Of a stretch of 20,000 nucleotides of DNA, positions 18,801 through 20,000 are shown one piece after another (the first letter of the stretch is position 1; each line of letters starts with the position of its first letter). This DNA is from an uncultured virus (IMG/VR IMGVR_UViG_3300028797_000153). Lineage: Duplodnaviria; Heunggongvirae; Uroviricota; Caudoviricetes. The notes beneath the pieces are model-generated. The model was not told the DNA's origin. It saw only the letters and a list, made by a program, of their open reading frames with translations, and ran no database searches. The position numbers and the translations under genes are program-made. The stretch lies in IMG/VR virus record IMGVR_UViG_3300028797_000153. One strand, given 5' to 3'.

Positions 18801-20000
18801 ATATTTATTGGTTATTAAATAATAAAACTCAAAATGAAAGCTTCCCAATTTCTAATGATGGTTATACACTGCAAGAAAATGAATACTTCTTCTATACTGA
18901 TGAAAATAAACTTGAAATGTCATATTTTGGAAGTGGAACAAAAATAAAAATACAAGGCTTAATTCCTACTAAAAACATAAATACAAGTGATGTTTCAGCA
19001 GATGATATTATTGAAAAGGGAATTCTAGCAATACCTTGGGTACAAGTTTCTGTTAATAATACTGGAACGAGAAAAATTGATATTATAGAATACCAATATA
19101 TTACATTAGCTGAAGGTGATGCACTTAGCTCAATTAGCTTAATAGATAATAATACAGATGACCCTATAACAACTATTGGAGATCACTGATATGGATGTTC
19201 AGCTGCTACATATATTATTGATGGTGAATCAGGTGAATTACCAGCATTTAATAGTGATAGTTTAAGTTGGGAAGTACATAGTAAATTATTATTAAACGTT
19301 GGACCTGCTTTGACTCAAACATTAGCTGACTCAAGAGATTCTATTAAAATTAGATACACTCCAGATGGACAAACCACACCTACTACTAAAACTATTGCAT
19401 ATGAAGCTGGTGATGATGCAATTTCATTCAAAACTAACTATCTTTGCCAAAGTGGTAATGATATAATTTTAATTAATAATGATATAGATGATTTCAAACT
19501 TAAAGCATTTAAATCAAATACTTTAGAAACAACTTATATTAAAGCTGATACAGAAGAGTCTGTTACTGAAGCATTAACTACAAATAATTTTGGTAATTAT
19601 TGGACAAAACTTTCATTTGAAAAATGTGCCATAAATAATGATTCAACTACACAATTATATTGTAATATTAATAGTAGTGATCAATTTGGCATGCTTATGA
19701 TTTACCTTGTTAAAAAAGAAATTGACTATGCTAATGATGACTGGCCATATTTAACAATTGATAATGGTAGTTTAGCTATTTATAACTATCCAAATAGCTC
19801 TTCTGAAACATGGTGGACAAATGCTGCAGCCATTTATTCTGCAAGTATTACAGAGGATAGCCCACTTGATTGAGCAAATAAAACATATTATACACGCAGT
19901 GAATCTGCAAATAATATGCCAACTGCTAGTAGTTATGTTGATATTTATGGTTATAAATATACAGAGGCAGCTGAAGTTGACTATGATTCTAGTACTGTCT
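15854..20000 (+). CDS. Giant baseplate wedge protein (T4 gp6 / gpJ-like N-terminus), >1380 aa, 3' truncated (3 in-frame TGA)
   Basis: AGGAG RBS, ATG 15854; 'KDFYQI(W)NEL', 'NESDPGIVLL', 'DKLNYNID', 'AT...SMRKLCELAGY', 'LVTCRDY' are gp6/J motifs; TGA at 15920, 19187 and 19871 join ORFs 16076..19189 and 19310..19873 in one frame that stays open to the window end. Confidence 0.85.

Noticed and set aside
3913..19873. Interpretation as a decaying prophage with nonsense pseudogenes
   Set aside because: All 13 internal stops are TGA, none TAA/TAG; only one unexplained frame break; RBSs and gene spacing are intact. Random decay would not give this pattern.
4003..19873. Selenocysteine insertion at TGA
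   Set aside because: Structural proteins with no redox motifs, up to three TGAs per gene, and no shared downstream SECIS-like hairpin apparent in the AT-rich context.
5032..20000. Headless contractile injection system (eCIS/tailocin/T6SS)
   Set aside because: A neck/head-closure-like gene and putative head proteins lie upstream, and no eCIS ATPase or T6SS membrane genes are visible; organisation fits a phage. Capsid and terminase genes are not in this window, so this is not formally excluded.
1..20000. CRISPR array, tRNA (including a UCA suppressor), rRNA, intron or IS element
   Set aside because: After TGA readthrough the intergenic gaps are all under about 150 nt and are occupied by terminators, promoter-like motifs and RBSs; no repeat-spacer pattern, cloverleaf or transposase seen.

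Overview
AT-rich (roughly 30% GC by eye) virion-morphogenesis module of a large contractile-tailed (myovirus-like) phage, entirely on the + strand. Gene order: acidic putative head/core protein, gp14-like neck protein, putative internal head protein, two neck/tail-completion genes, tail sheath, tail tube, a small ribbon-helix-helix gene, tail/hub assembly chaperone, tape measure and baseplate genes (tube initiator, LysM/gp53-like, hub, spike, gp25-like, giant gp6-like). The key observation is that the window does not read in the standard code. Thirteen in-frame TGA codons interrupt seven otherwise continuous genes, and every true gene end is TAA or TAG, so TGA is a sense codon (most likely Trp, code 4). 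TGA is still the minority Trp codon (13 TGA vs about 45 TGG by hand count) and is absent from the sheath, tube and tape measure, which hints at phage-driven, possibly regulatory recoding. Other signals: a start-less ORF reachable by a +1/-2 frameshift after the chaperone, a -1 frame break near the 5' end of the tape measure, a recurring intergenic motif GCTAAATTA (candidate late promoter) and T4-like protease-site motifs in the two putative head proteins. All protein calls rest on motif recognition and synteny; no database search was run.
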